A stretch of DNA of 64,000 nucleotides from Planctomycetota bacterium (GCA_965223545.1 OZ245006.1:7232001-7296000); one strand, 5' to 3'; shown: positions 10,301 to 19,685, counted from the stretch's first letter. Numbers and translations: made by a program. Notes: generated by a model not told the origin, from the letters alone.

Positions 10301-10427
10301 GGTGCCGATTCCCAACCTGGCCATCCTCAACGGGTTGACCGTGGCGTTCCAAACGGTGATCGGGCCGACCACGGCGCCGCGCGGGTTCGATCTGAGCAGC
10401 GCCGTGTTCGCGACTCTCGGGCGTTGA
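7365..10427 (+). CDS. Secreted ELWxxDGT-repeat protein with a C-terminal Cys-containing domain
   Basis: About 18 copies of E(L/P)WxxDGT...DI.PG..SS.P; signal peptide ...PLAA-QS; GGAGA RBS before ATG 7365. Confidence 0.9.
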   Translation: MHPSPLSSATLFVSALALGPLAAQSPVPQLTLDINQRTVGSPPSSSPTGFVQMGAFVYFAARADKVGSELFRTIGVPNTTTLVADIEPGTGNSSPGNLQVLPGARLVFAAFRADIGRELWVSDGTAANTQPIDIRTGTGSSNPSWLAVSGVNVFFTADDGSGVGTELWISNGSAAGTRLVADIRPGSSSASITQITPFKNGVLFSATDGTTGIELWWSDGTAAGTTMVLDINNGAGSGSPVLGPVLGTDLIFAATDGVIGQELWKSDGTSAGTGLVRDINPGSGTSTPTFGIVWNNEVYFSADDGTNGREPWKTDGTQAGTAMIRDIAATASSSNPVFGAVANSTSGSRVLFSATDGLAGVELWGTDGTLFGTTLVQDINPGIASSTPSGFVTVGSKVAFIANDGTVGAELWQSDGTAAGTALVSDIRSGVSSSGMRELTPHAGLVVFQANDGLTGAELWGSTLNPSGTQLAADLLTGTTQNSSPAGVDLFGRTVFAADDGVQGRELWISDGSAAGTQLISDLRAGASSSSPTDLVRMGRHVYFSADVTASGRELWRTDGTAAGTSLVADIVPGTGSSAPAELTVWGDLLYFRAYTIATGTELWQSDGTAAGTVLVKDIEPGPGSGDPLNLTLHAGALYFSAVDYNGDELWISDGTAAGTKLLADVSVGAWSSSPADLVSFAGALHFTASDRVNGRELWRSDGTTAGTVLLSDIQSGLGSSNPGALTVAGSQLFFTANDGSRGTELWVTNGSGAGTRLVADLEAGASGSSPTNLTVFGASVLLSARTSTTGTELWVSDGTAAGTRVIDVEPGSGSSSPSPAFATGSRFAYFGATTSGEGQELWVTDGTQAGTRQVDSLASGTASATPGDYLLGGGLLWFAAYGDGVGRELWTLDVGANVQQVGQGCGQRGGVLSATDPVLGQLMQVRGRDALPGTTGFVLLSGPLPAIPLGSGCFFYLLPQGFANLGAVPITSGSWAVPVPIPNLAILNGLTVAFQTVIGPTTAPRGFDLSSAVFATLGR

Positions 10428-10460
10428 GTACCCGCAGGGTTGCCGCGTAGTGCGTGTTCG

Positions 10461-11285
10461 TCACTCTCGGCTTCTGAGACGGCTTCGCGCCGTCGCCGAC
10501 AGATCACCGAGGGAGGCTGCCGCGAGCGCTTGCAGCAACCGGCGGTTGTGCTGCGGCGCGGTGTGCCCCGCGGCGAGCACGTGGATGCGGCCGAGCAGCT
10601 TGGTGGCGTTCACCGCCCGCAGGGCGGGCACCGCCGACAATCCCAAAGCGACGAGATCGTCGTCACCCTTGCGTGTGCCGCGGCGGGCCAGGGCTGTCGC
10701 CACGTCGGCCGCCTGGCGTGCTCCGACCGCCGGCGACCAGTGCAGCATCCGGCGCAGCCATTCCTCGGGCGGCGTCGGCGTGCGCGGACCGGTGCCGAGC
10801 TCGATGCCGAGAGGTACGAACAGGCGGCTCTGGCGCTTTCCCGCTGTGTCGCTCGAGCGCGGGGCGCGCTCGAGCTCGAGAAATGTACCGTCGTCGCTGA
10901 CGCCACGGACCTGACAGGTCTCACCGGCGGGGGTCGGCACCGTGGCGAGCGTGGCGCCGTCGCGGGCGAGCAGGGTGAAGCCCGGTAGCATCGAGCGAAG
11001 CACGAAGCCGTTGCCCGTGGGGGAGATCCACATCCGCATGTGGAAGTGATCGCGCGTAGCGAAGCTGCGCTCGAACTTGCCGCGCTCGAGCCAACCTTCG
11101 GTGCCGCGCTCGAGGAAGCGAAATGAGAAGTGGTAGGGGCCGTGGTGGCGCTTCCCCGTGCCGGGGACAGAGCGGGCCTCGACGGAATAGCGACCGTCGG
11201 CGCTGGTCTCCGTGACGTGCTGCGCGCCCAGACAACACTGCGCGTGCAGCGCGCCGCCAGCCCCGGCGGCGAGCACCGCGATCAG
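10461..11285 (-). CDS. Hypothetical secreted protein (start uncertain, possibly CTG overlapping the yidD stop)
   Basis: Coding-like frame LIAVLAAGAGGALHA-QCCLG...; CTG at 11285-11283 overlaps the yidD TGA; alternative GTG at 11276. Confidence 0.55.
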   Translation of the reverse strand: MIAVLAAGAGGALHAQCCLGAQHVTETSADGRYSVEARSVPGTGKRHHGPYHFSFRFLERGTEGWLERGKFERSFATRDHFHMRMWISPTGNGFVLRSMLPGFTLLARDGATLATVPTPAGETCQVRGVSDDGTFLELERAPRSSDTAGKRQSRLFVPLGIELGTGPRTPTPPEEWLRRMLHWSPAVGARQAADVATALARRGTRKGDDDLVALGLSAVPALRAVNATKLLGRIHVLAAGHTAPQHNRRLLQALAAASLGDLSATARSRLRSRE

Positions 11286-11578
11286 TGCTCTCGAGGCTCG
11301 CAGTGCGCGCCGTGCCCTCGGCGTGGCGGCACCGGATCGTAGCCCGAGGTGGCGAATGGCTGGCAACGCAGGATGCGCCACAGCGCCAGGCCGGTCCCGC
11401 GCAGCGGACCGTGCACGCGGAGCGCGCGCAGCGCGTACTCCGAGCAGGTTGGCCGAAAGCGGCACGTCGGTGGCTTCCACGGTGAGATCAGCGCGCGGTA
11501 GAGCATGATCGGCAGTGCCAGGATCGTCGTGCCGGCGCGCGACAGCAGAGCGAGTGCGCGCTGGATCGCGGTGTTCAC
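11282..11578 (-). CDS. yidD: Membrane protein insertion efficiency factor YidD
   Basis: YRALISP...CRFRPTCSEY...G...RILRCQPF..GYDPVP signature; directly downstream of rnpA. Confidence 0.92.
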   Translation of the reverse strand: MNTAIQRALALLSRAGTTILALPIMLYRALISPWKPPTCRFRPTCSEYALRALRVHGPLRGTGLALWRILRCQPFATSGYDPVPPRRGHGAHCEPREH

Positions 11579-11973
11579 GATTGCCCCCGGCGGCCGCGGC
11601 GGCGGCGTGGGCGCTGGCTCTTGGCGTGCAGGGCGCGCACCGCGGCGGCGAGCTCGTGGCGGACTTCGGCGAGGACATAGCGCGGTTTGGCCTGTGGGAT
11701 GAGGATCAGATCGAAGTTGCCCACCAACGACGGCCGCTCGAGCCGAAACGCTTCCCGAAAGATGCGTTTGATCTTGTTGCGGCGGACGGCGGGTCCGTGC
11801 GCCTTCGACACCGACAGCCCCAGACGGCAGCCCGCTTGGCGCCGTCGCGCGCCGACGACGATGAGGTTGTCGCCGCGCCGGCGGTCGCCGCGCCGGTAGA
11901 CGTGGCGAAACTCCCGCTGCGTGCGCAGCCGCGCGGCGCGCGGCAGGCCGAAGCGCGCCGGCGCTCGGCTCAC
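11575..11973 (-). CDS. rnpA: Ribonuclease P protein component
   Basis: RLRTQREFRHVY...RLGLSVSKAHGPAVRRNKIKRIFREAFR (RNR motif). GTG start overlaps the upstream TGA. Confidence 0.93.
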   Translation of the reverse strand: MSRAPARFGLPRAARLRTQREFRHVYRRGDRRRGDNLIVVGARRRQAGCRLGLSVSKAHGPAVRRNKIKRIFREAFRLERPSLVGNFDLILIPQAKPRYVLAEVRHELAAAVRALHAKSQRPRRRRGRRGQS

Positions 11974-12968
11974 CCGCCGCCGCCGGGTGTGGTCGACGCG
12001 CCGTGCTCGCGCAAGATGCGGAGCGCCTCGCGCGCCTGGGGGCTGTCGAGGGGCACCTTGGGCAAGAAGTGCTGCAGATCGCGGACCGCCTCGTCGGTGC
12101 GGCCGAGCTCCAGCAGGCTGCGGGCGCGGTTGTAGTACTCGTGGGTCAGGCCGGGCACCCGACCCAGCGCTTCGTCGAGCTGGGCGACGACCAGCTCGTG
12201 GTGATCGCGCTTGAAGTGCAGGTTGGCGAGGTAGGCGCGGACCCGCACCTCGTCGTCGATCAACGCCTGCAGTTCGCGGCGCTTCTCGCGCTCGAACTCC
12301 ACCTCCATCGTGTCGTGGATCTGGCGTTGCACGGCGGTCTGCTCCTGACGCGCGCGGGCCAAGAACGCGTGGCCGTGCTCGACCGCCTTGTTGTAGTCGT
12401 CGCGCCACCACTCGATCTGCATCAGGCCGAAGTGGGCGCGCCGCACTTGGTCGCCGAGCTCGACGAGGCGCTCGAGCTGCCCCTCGGCCAGGGCGAAGTG
12501 CTGCAGCGCCGTGGCCCGCAGGGTCGCCGCGCGGTTGATGCGCTCGGCGTGGCGTGCGGATTCGGCGGCCATCCGCTCGGCCTCGGCGCGCAGGTCCTGG
12601 GACTCGGTCAGAGCGCGCAGCCCGGCGACGGTGTGCGCCTCGGCGTAGCCCAGCCGCGCGTAGGCGGCGTGGTCGGCATCGGCGCGCAGCCCGGCGATCT
12701 CGTCGAACGCCTGCACGGCGCGGTCGAGCATGACCGCGTCGTCGCGGCCGGCGCGCAGCCAGCACCACGCCTGGATCGCGCGCAGGTTGTAGTCGTCGGG
12801 ATCGATCTCCAAGCCGCGCCGCGCCTGGTCGAGGGCCTGGTCGAAGTTGCCCCAGTCCCAATACAGCTTGGCGTTGCTCTGATAGCGCGTCAGCGCGGTG
12901 CGGTCCTCCTCGGACATGCCGAAGATCCCGCACGCGGCCAGCAGCAGAAGGGGAGTCAGTCGCAGCAT
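11970..12968 (-). CDS. TPR-repeat lipoprotein
   Basis: Lipobox LLAAC at the N-terminus; helical TPR-like repeats (YYNRARSLLELGRTDEAVRDL). Confidence 0.75.
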   Translation of the reverse strand: MLRLTPLLLLAACGIFGMSEEDRTALTRYQSNAKLYWDWGNFDQALDQARRGLEIDPDDYNLRAIQAWCWLRAGRDDAVMLDRAVQAFDEIAGLRADADHAAYARLGYAEAHTVAGLRALTESQDLRAEAERMAAESARHAERINRAATLRATALQHFALAEGQLERLVELGDQVRRAHFGLMQIEWWRDDYNKAVEHGHAFLARARQEQTAVQRQIHDTMEVEFEREKRRELQALIDDEVRVRAYLANLHFKRDHHELVVAQLDEALGRVPGLTHEYYNRARSLLELGRTDEAVRDLQHFLPKVPLDSPQAREALRILREHGASTTPGGGG

Positions 12969-13108
12969 CGGTCGATTGCGCCGATTCCCTTTTCAGAGCG
13001 GCGCCGTGGCAGGAGGACGGGGGCCGACGGGGGCTTCGTCGGTCCACAGTGGTGGGCCCGCGCCGGTTCTCGCTGCCCGAGGCGGGCTTGTCAAGGGTGC
13101 CGGCCGGT

Positions 13109-15142
13109 CTACGGATCGGCCGGGTCGACCGCCTCGGCCGACCGGCGGTGCTCCTCGGCCTCCCGGTCGCGCCCGACCTCGCTGAGCAGGGCCGCCACGC
13201 GGAGGTGGATCGCGGCGCAGTCCCGCCGCAGCTGCGCTTGGCTGGGATCGCGGTCGAGCAGCTCGTGTAGGGTCGCCAGCGCGCCCGCCATCAGCTCGTG
13301 GCCCCGCTCGACCTCACCCTCGGCAACGGCGAGGTCGCCGGCCAGCTCGGTGATCAGCGCGTGATCGCGCGCCCATTCGCCGTTCGAGGGATCGATGCGC
13401 ACCAGCCGGTCGGCGACCTCGCGGGCGCTGTGCACGGCGCGCGCCGCGTCGCCGATGCGGCCGGCGGTGTGCAGGATCACGCCCAAGCGTTCGTGGCACA
13501 AGCAGAGCTCGTGCTGCCACTCGGCGTTGTCGCTGTCGCGGTCGGCGAGCTCCTGTGCCAGGGCGACGGCTTCGCGCAGCGACTGCTCGGCGGCCTCGAG
13601 CTGGCCGAGCTCGGTTTGCGCGTGGCCGACGTCGCGCAGGGCGGCGGCCAAGTCGCGCCGCAGTGCCGGGCTCTCGCCGCCGAAGTGCAGCAGGCGCCGG
13701 CTGATCGAGAGCACCGACTGGTAATGCTCCAGCGCCTCGGCGTGCCGCCCCTCCGCCTGCCGTGCGTGGCCGAGCCGCGCGTGGCTGGTGGCGATGTCGT
13801 GGTCCCACTCGGCGTCGGTGGGGTAGCGGGCCGCCTGGTCTTCGGCCAGCGCCAAGGCCTGCTCGTGGTGGCGCGCCGCCTCCGCCTCGCGCCCCTGCTG
13901 GGTCAGAACGTCGCCGAGCCGGGTGTGGCTGGCGACCAGCTCGCGCTGCCACCGCGGATCGTCGGGGGCGCGCGACGCGGCGCGCTCGGCGACCGCGAAG
14001 GCTTGCTCGAACTCGGCCAGTGCACCGGCCAACATCCCCTGGCGCGACAGCACGTCGCCGACGTTCTGCCGTGAGATCACCAGATCTTGTTGGAACGCGG
14101 GGTCGTTGGGCTCGAGCTGCAGTAGCTCGTCGATCATCGCGGCGGCGGCGCGGTAGTGCTCGAGTGCGGTACCCAGGTCGCCGCGCTCGAGGTGGATCTC
14201 GCCGGCGGCGTCGGTGCACAGCGCCAGCTCGTGCTGCCACAGCACCTCTTCGGGCTCGCGCTCGGCGAGCTCCTGGCGCAGCCGCAGCGCCGTGCTGCCG
14301 TGGTCGTGCGCCTCGTCGACCTGGCCCAGGTCGAGCATCACTTCGGCCATGCGTTGCTCGCTCGCCGCCAGCTCGTCGATGGCCTCCACCGATCGCTCGG
14401 TGGCCTGCACCAGCTGCTCGGCGGCGTCGCGATAGGCGCGGTAGTGCTCGAGCGCGGCGGTCAGCTCGCCGCGGCTCGCCAACAGTCGGCCGGTGTGGTG
14501 GTGGCGCAGTGCCTGGTCGCGGACCAGGGGCAGCGGGCTCTTGTCGCCCGAGTCGCCCGTGTAGCCGTCGGGGATGCTGTCGCCGAGCGCCAGCGCGGCG
14601 CGGTAGTGCATCAGGGCCTGCTCGGTGTAGCCGAGGTGGCTCTGCACGTCGGCGACACGGTCGTGGCACAGCGCGCAGTCGCGCTGGAACTCGACTTCGG
14701 CGGGGTGGCGCTCGGCCAGCAGCGTCGCGCGCTCCAAGGCGGCGCCGTAGTGGATCTCGGCGCGCTCGAAGTCGGCGACCTCGTGGGCGACGTCGCCCAG
14801 TCGTTGCTCGGCGACGACCAGCTCGTGGGTCCACTCTTCGTTGTCGGGTTCCTGGGCGGCGAGCTTCTGCGCGAGGTCGCGCGCCGCGTGGTACTGCTCC
14901 GCCGCTTGGTCGAACTCCATGCGGTCGAACAGACGGTCGCCCAGCTGGCCGCGACAATCGATCAGCTCGGCGGCGGCCTCGGGATCGCGTGGTGCCTTGC
15001 GGTGGCGGGCCTGTGCCCGGGCCAGGCGCTGCCGCAGCGGTTGTTCGGATTCGTTGGCCACCCGCATACCTTGGACCAGCGACTGCGGTTTGGCAATGCG
15101 CGAACCACGCGGCCGCGGGCCGCGTTCAGCCGAGGTCGTCAT
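13109..15142 (-). CDS. Tetratricopeptide-repeat protein (start may be 15067)
   Basis: About 12 repeats of type P.N..WQ.(D/E)L..S..RLGDV....G...AL..Y..A. Confidence 0.8.
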   Translation of the reverse strand: MTTSAERGPRPRGSRIAKPQSLVQGMRVANESEQPLRQRLARAQARHRKAPRDPEAAAELIDCRGQLGDRLFDRMEFDQAAEQYHAARDLAQKLAAQEPDNEEWTHELVVAEQRLGDVAHEVADFERAEIHYGAALERATLLAERHPAEVEFQRDCALCHDRVADVQSHLGYTEQALMHYRAALALGDSIPDGYTGDSGDKSPLPLVRDQALRHHHTGRLLASRGELTAALEHYRAYRDAAEQLVQATERSVEAIDELAASEQRMAEVMLDLGQVDEAHDHGSTALRLRQELAEREPEEVLWQHELALCTDAAGEIHLERGDLGTALEHYRAAAAMIDELLQLEPNDPAFQQDLVISRQNVGDVLSRQGMLAGALAEFEQAFAVAERAASRAPDDPRWQRELVASHTRLGDVLTQQGREAEAARHHEQALALAEDQAARYPTDAEWDHDIATSHARLGHARQAEGRHAEALEHYQSVLSISRRLLHFGGESPALRRDLAAALRDVGHAQTELGQLEAAEQSLREAVALAQELADRDSDNAEWQHELCLCHERLGVILHTAGRIGDAARAVHSAREVADRLVRIDPSNGEWARDHALITELAGDLAVAEGEVERGHELMAGALATLHELLDRDPSQAQLRRDCAAIHLRVAALLSEVGRDREAEEHRRSAEAVDPADP

Positions 15143-16670
15143 CCCGGTTCTGCAGCCGCGCCAGGCGCGCGGCGTCGGCGCGCACGCTGACGGTCTTGGT
15201 GTGGTTGGGGACTACCTGTCCCGGTGGTGCTCCCTTGGGCTTGCGCACGTGCTTGGCCCGCGTGTAGACCACGTCGCAGACCGGAGCGCCGCGCGCCTTG
15301 CTGAAGTGCACCGCCAGGCAGCCGGCGTCGAGCAGGGTCTCGAGGCTGGCGGTCTTGCCGCGGGGCAGGCGCACCACGACGTGGCTGCCGGCGCGGCCGC
15401 CGCCGACGTGCAGCCACAAGTCGTTGCCGCGGGCGATCTGCCGGCACAGGCGGTCGTTGTCGGCGTTGCTCTTGCCGACCAGGATCGGGTAGCCCTCGGC
15501 CGAGCGAAACTCGCGCACCCCGGCCATCGCCGCGGCCCGCTGGCGCGGTCCGCGGCCGCCCGCCGGCCGACTCGTCGGGGCGCTGAGCGCGGCGGGGATC
15601 ACCCCGAGGCGCTGGAGCTCGGCGCGCACCGCGGCGAGGTCGGTTTCGTCGCCGGCCGCCGCCAGGGCCGTGGCCGCGGCGCGCAGCGCGTCGTGCCGGG
15701 CGCGCGCCTGCGCCAGCCGCTGCTCCGCCGTGGTGCGCGCGGCCTCGAGCTTGGCGGCCCGCCGGTAGAGCGCGTTGGCCTGTGCCGGGATCGGCACTCC
15801 GGCGCGCAACGGGATCCGCACCGTGCGGGTCGGCTCGAGTGGGTCCTCGACCTCGAGGACGTCTCGGCCGGCTCGGGCGCCAAAACCGTAGGCCAGCAGC
15901 AGGTCGGCCTGTTGCCGGACCGCGTCGGCCGCCTCGATCTCGGCGAGCTGGCGTTCGAGGCCGGCGCACTGGTGGGCGTTGCGGCGCTCGGCGCGGTCGA
16001 GGGCTCGTTGCAGCTCCAGCCGCTCTCCCTCGCGTTCGGCGTGCTCGTCGTGAACCGTGAACCAGCGGTCGATCGCCGCGTCGAGCGCCTCGCCGTCGGT
16101 GCCGGTGAAGCGAGCTTCCGCGCCCGCCGCCGGCGTCGGGCTCGCCGCCGGCTCCGGCCGCGGCGGTGGCGGGCGGTAGACGACGCCGGGGCGCAGCGTG
16201 CGCTGCGCCGACTGCGGCAGCCTCGAGAGCTCGACGATGCGATCCTCGGCGTCCAGCGTGCACCACAGGCCGCGCGGCCCGAACAGCTCGACGATCAGCG
16301 CACGCGCGCCGTCCTCGTTCGCGAGATCCAGGCGAAGCCAGCGCTCGCCCGCGGGCTGCGTCCACTCCAGCAGCCGGGCGCCGCGCAAGCCGGCGCGCAG
16401 CCGGTCGACGAGTGGGCCCTGGGCGAAAGCCTGCTTGGGGAAACGGCGCCGCGTGGTGCAGATGCGCGCCCGCGCGCCGCCCGGTGCGATGTGCAGCGCG
16501 CGCTTGGCCGCGCCGACCCGGACGAACAGCAGCAGATCGTCCGACTGCGCCAGGCGCGCGCAGTCGACGATCTCGCCGCCGGCCAGCAGGGCGCGCAGCG
16601 CGGCGATCTCGCGCGCCAGCTCGGTGGCGTCGAGGCCGCCGGGGCGCCGCGGGCCACTGCAGTTGGTCAG
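15126..16670 (-). CDS. rqcH: NFACT/Rqc2 (RqcH/FbpA) family ribosome quality-control protein; probable non-canonical CTG start
   Basis: C-terminal NFACT-R motif ILVGKSNADNDRL..DLWLHV..GSHVVV and NFACT-N motif LIVELFG. The frame stays open and coding-like for 94 codons upstream of the TTG at 16388, up to CTG overlapping the ndk stop. Confidence 0.8.
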   Translation of the reverse strand: MTNCSGPRRPGGLDATELAREIAALRALLAGGEIVDCARLAQSDDLLLFVRVGAAKRALHIAPGGARARICTTRRRFPKQAFAQGPLVDRLRAGLRGARLLEWTQPAGERWLRLDLANEDGARALIVELFGPRGLWCTLDAEDRIVELSRLPQSAQRTLRPGVVYRPPPPRPEPAASPTPAAGAEARFTGTDGEALDAAIDRWFTVHDEHAEREGERLELQRALDRAERRNAHQCAGLERQLAEIEAADAVRQQADLLLAYGFGARAGRDVLEVEDPLEPTRTVRIPLRAGVPIPAQANALYRRAAKLEAARTTAEQRLAQARARHDALRAAATALAAAGDETDLAAVRAELQRLGVIPAALSAPTSRPAGGRGPRQRAAAMAGVREFRSAEGYPILVGKSNADNDRLCRQIARGNDLWLHVGGGRAGSHVVVRLPRGKTASLETLLDAGCLAVHFSKARGAPVCDVVYTRAKHVRKPKGAPPGQVVPNHTKTVSVRADAARLARLQNRDDDLG

Positions 16671-17128
16671 AGCTCCTCGTCGGCGTCGTAGATCCAGGCG
16701 AAGCCGTCGTGGTCGTAGTCGACGCAGCCCTCGGGGAAGAACAGGCCGAGCTCCTTCTCGGCTGCCTCGGGGCTGTCCGAGCCGTGCACGAGGTTGTAGG
16801 AGCGGCTGACGCCGTAGTCCCCGCGGATGGTGCCGGGAGCGGCGTCGGCACCGAAGGTGGCGCCCATCATCGTGCGGCAGACGCCGATCGCGCCGTTGCC
16901 CTCGATCGCCAAGGCGACGATCGGCGACTTGGTCATGAACTTCACCAGGCCTTCGTAGAACGGCTTGCCCTGGTGGGCGGCGTAATGCTTGGCGGCGAGC
17001 TCGGCGGTCATCCGCATCAGCTTCATTCCGACAATCTTCAGTCCCTTGGCCTCGAAGCGCCCCAGAATGTCGCCGATCAGACCGCGCTGCACGGCGTCGG
17101 GCTTGAGCAGAATCAAAGTACGTTCCAT
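16667..17128 (-). CDS. ndk: Nucleoside diphosphate kinase
   Basis: MERTLILLKPDAVQRGLIG...PGTIRGDY...NLVHGSDS. Confidence 0.97.
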   Translation of the reverse strand: MERTLILLKPDAVQRGLIGDILGRFEAKGLKIVGMKLMRMTAELAAKHYAAHQGKPFYEGLVKFMTKSPIVALAIEGNGAIGVCRTMMGATFGADAAPGTIRGDYGVSRSYNLVHGSDSPEAAEKELGLFFPEGCVDYDHDGFAWIYDADEEL

Positions 17129-17141
17129 GCCGGGGATCTAA

Positions 17142-19643
17142 TCACGGCGGCCCGTCGGGCGCCATCGGCGAGCTGGCGCCGGTGCCGGAAGCCGGAGCCG
17201 GCGCCGCCGCCGCCGTGAGCACTCGGTTGGCGCGCTCGTGCCACTTCGCCGGGCCGTCGGCGCCGAGCAGGAGCTGGCCACGTTGCAGCCAGGCACGGGC
17301 GTCGTCCGCCCCGGCGTGCCAGAGAGCCAGGCCGTAGAGAATGCGGTAGATGCCGCGGCCGGGATCGCCGGCCGGAAACAGCTGATCGGCGGCGCGGGCG
17401 CCGGCTTCGGCGAGCTCGGCGGTCTCGGCGTGCTCTCCGCGCAGGTAGAGCGCCTCGGCCAAGGCGTGCTCGGCGATCCGCGTGCGGCGGTGCTCCTCGC
17501 CGTGAATCTGGCGCACGCCCGCCAACGCCCTTCGCAGCATCGGCTCCGCCTCGGCGGGGCGCTGCCGCCGGATGGCAACCATGCCGGCGGAGTGCAGCAG
17601 ATTGAAGACGATGATGTCGTCCGCAGGCAGGGAGCGCTCGGCGCGGGCGAGGGCTTCGTCGAGCAGCGCGGTGGCGGTGTCGAGCGCGCCCGCCGAGCGG
17701 TGGGCCAAGCCGAGGTTGTTGAGCGACACCAGGATGCTGCGGTGGTCCGGCGGCAGCCGCTCGCGCTTGGCGGCGAGCACGCGGGCGAGCAGATCGGTCG
17801 CGCGGTCGTGGTCGCCGGCGCGCTGGTAGGCCAGCGCCAGGTTGTTCATCGCCTTCCAGGTCTGCACGCTGTCCGCGCCGTTCTCGCGCAGCTGTTGCTG
17901 GTAGATGTCGCGGTAGCGCGGCAGGGTCTCGCGCTGCAGACCGAGCCGGTCGAGGACGGTGGCGAGGTTGCTCGACGCGCTCAGCGTGAGCGCGTGATCG
18001 GCCCCCAACGCCGTGGTGCGTGCCGCGACGACATGGCGCAGCAGTTGTTCCGCCTCCGCCAGCCGGTCTTGGCTGCGCAGCGCGACCGCGGCGTTGCACT
18101 CGGCGCTCAGCGTGTCGGCGTGCTCCGCGCCGAGCAGCCGGGCCCGCGCCGCGGCGGTCGGCACCAGCAAGTCGACGGCCTCCGCGCTGCGCCCGGTCTC
18201 GACGCACAGCACTCCCATCGAGTTGGCCGCCTCGAGCGTTTCGAGGTGTTCGGCGCCGAGGACATCGCGGCGCAGCCGCAGAGCGCGGCGCAGGTGTGGA
18301 TCGGCGGCGGCGAACTCGCCGAGCCAGTAGTAGGCGGTGCCGAACGTGTGGCGCAGGGTGGCCTCGACCTCCGCCGGCAGCTGCCGGGTGGCGACGTCGT
18401 CGGCGGCGGCGGCCAACACCTCGCACAGCAGCGTGCGGTCGCGATCGCGGGCGACGTCGGGGTCGACGTGCGAGAACAGCGACTGCAGCAGGCCGGCGAT
18501 CGCTTCGTACTTGCCGAGCTCGGTGTGCGCGCGGCGGGCCTGCGCGGTGGCGTAGACGGCGGCCGCCAGCAGAACCAGCGCGATCGCCGCTGCAGCGGCC
18601 AACGCGGTCCGGTAGCGCCGGCCGAGCTTGCCGAGCCGGTAGGTCCACGACGGCGGGCCGGCCAGGACCGGGTCGCCGGCCAAGTGGAGACGGAGGTCGG
18701 TCGCCAGCATCGCCACCGAGCCGTAGCGCCGCTCGCGGTCCTTCTCCAGGCAGCGCATCGTGATCCAGTCGAGGTCGCCACGCAGCGCTCGAGCCCGGCG
18801 CACGCAACGCGCATCGCCGGTGGCGTGCGCGGAGAGCGCCGTGCTGGGCCGCACGGGATCGTCTTCGCGGATGCGGCGTTGTAGCTCGATCAAGCCGGCG
18901 GTGCCGCCGGTCGGCTCCTCGAACGGACGTTGGCCGCACAACAGCTCGTAGAGCAGCACGCCCAGCGCGTACACGTCGGTGCGCGTGTCGATGTCGAGCT
19001 CGGCGCCGATCTGCTCGGGGCTCATGTAGGCTGGGGTCCCGAGCAGGGCGCCGCACTGCGTGTGCAACGAGCGGTCGTCGAGGCGGGCGTCGATCGCCTT
19101 GGCGATGCCGAAGTCGATGACCTTGACCACCGGCCGCCCGTCGACGTCGGCGACCAGCACGTTGGAGGGCTTGAGGTCGCGGTGGACGACGCCCTTCTGG
19201 TGCGCGTGCTGGACCGCCTGGCACACGTCCAAGAACAGCGCGATGCGCGCGGTGACGTCGGCGCCCGTCGCGTCGGCGTACTCGAGCAGGGTGGCGCCGC
19301 CGATCAGCTCGAGCGCGAACCACGGCCGCCCGTCGTCGGTCGCGCCCGCGTCGAACACCTGGGCGATGTTGGGGTGGTCCATCAGCGCGAGCGCCTGCCG
19401 CTCGGCGTGGAACCGCCGCACCACCTCGGGCCGGCCGAGACCGCGCTTGAGCACCTTGATCGCCACGCGCCGGCGCAGCGGCCGCTCCTGCCGCGCGCGC
19501 CAAACCTCACCGAAGCCGCCCTCGCCGATGCGCTCCTCGAGCCAGAACGGCCCGACCGCGACCCCGGCGCGCAGCGCGTCGATCGGCAGCTCGTCGCCTT
19601 CGGGGCCTCGGAACTCCTGAGTGCTGTCGGTCGCGGGTCGCAT
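17142..19643 (-). CDS. Membrane Ser/Thr protein kinase with C-terminal TPR repeats
   Basis: IGEGGFGEV, VAIK, HRDLKPSN, DFG and GTPAYMSPEQ motifs; TM segment, then kinesin-light-chain-type TPRs (LGAEH..TL). Confidence 0.9.
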   Translation of the reverse strand: MRPATDSTQEFRGPEGDELPIDALRAGVAVGPFWLEERIGEGGFGEVWRARQERPLRRRVAIKVLKRGLGRPEVVRRFHAERQALALMDHPNIAQVFDAGATDDGRPWFALELIGGATLLEYADATGADVTARIALFLDVCQAVQHAHQKGVVHRDLKPSNVLVADVDGRPVVKVIDFGIAKAIDARLDDRSLHTQCGALLGTPAYMSPEQIGAELDIDTRTDVYALGVLLYELLCGQRPFEEPTGGTAGLIELQRRIREDDPVRPSTALSAHATGDARCVRRARALRGDLDWITMRCLEKDRERRYGSVAMLATDLRLHLAGDPVLAGPPSWTYRLGKLGRRYRTALAAAAAIALVLLAAAVYATAQARRAHTELGKYEAIAGLLQSLFSHVDPDVARDRDRTLLCEVLAAAADDVATRQLPAEVEATLRHTFGTAYYWLGEFAAADPHLRRALRLRRDVLGAEHLETLEAANSMGVLCVETGRSAEAVDLLVPTAAARARLLGAEHADTLSAECNAAVALRSQDRLAEAEQLLRHVVAARTTALGADHALTLSASSNLATVLDRLGLQRETLPRYRDIYQQQLRENGADSVQTWKAMNNLALAYQRAGDHDRATDLLARVLAAKRERLPPDHRSILVSLNNLGLAHRSAGALDTATALLDEALARAERSLPADDIIVFNLLHSAGMVAIRRQRPAEAEPMLRRALAGVRQIHGEEHRRTRIAEHALAEALYLRGEHAETAELAEAGARAADQLFPAGDPGRGIYRILYGLALWHAGADDARAWLQRGQLLLGADGPAKWHERANRVLTAAAAPAPASGTGASSPMAPDGPP

Positions 19644-19685
19644 CCGCACCCTCAAGCGCGGACCACCCCCCTCACCGGCCAGAAC

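Noticed and set aside
7365..10427. DNA-level repeats in the ELWxxDGT genes as a diversity-generating or recombination system
   Set aside because: The repeats are degenerate protein-coding repeats; no reverse transcriptase or template/variable repeat pair was seen.
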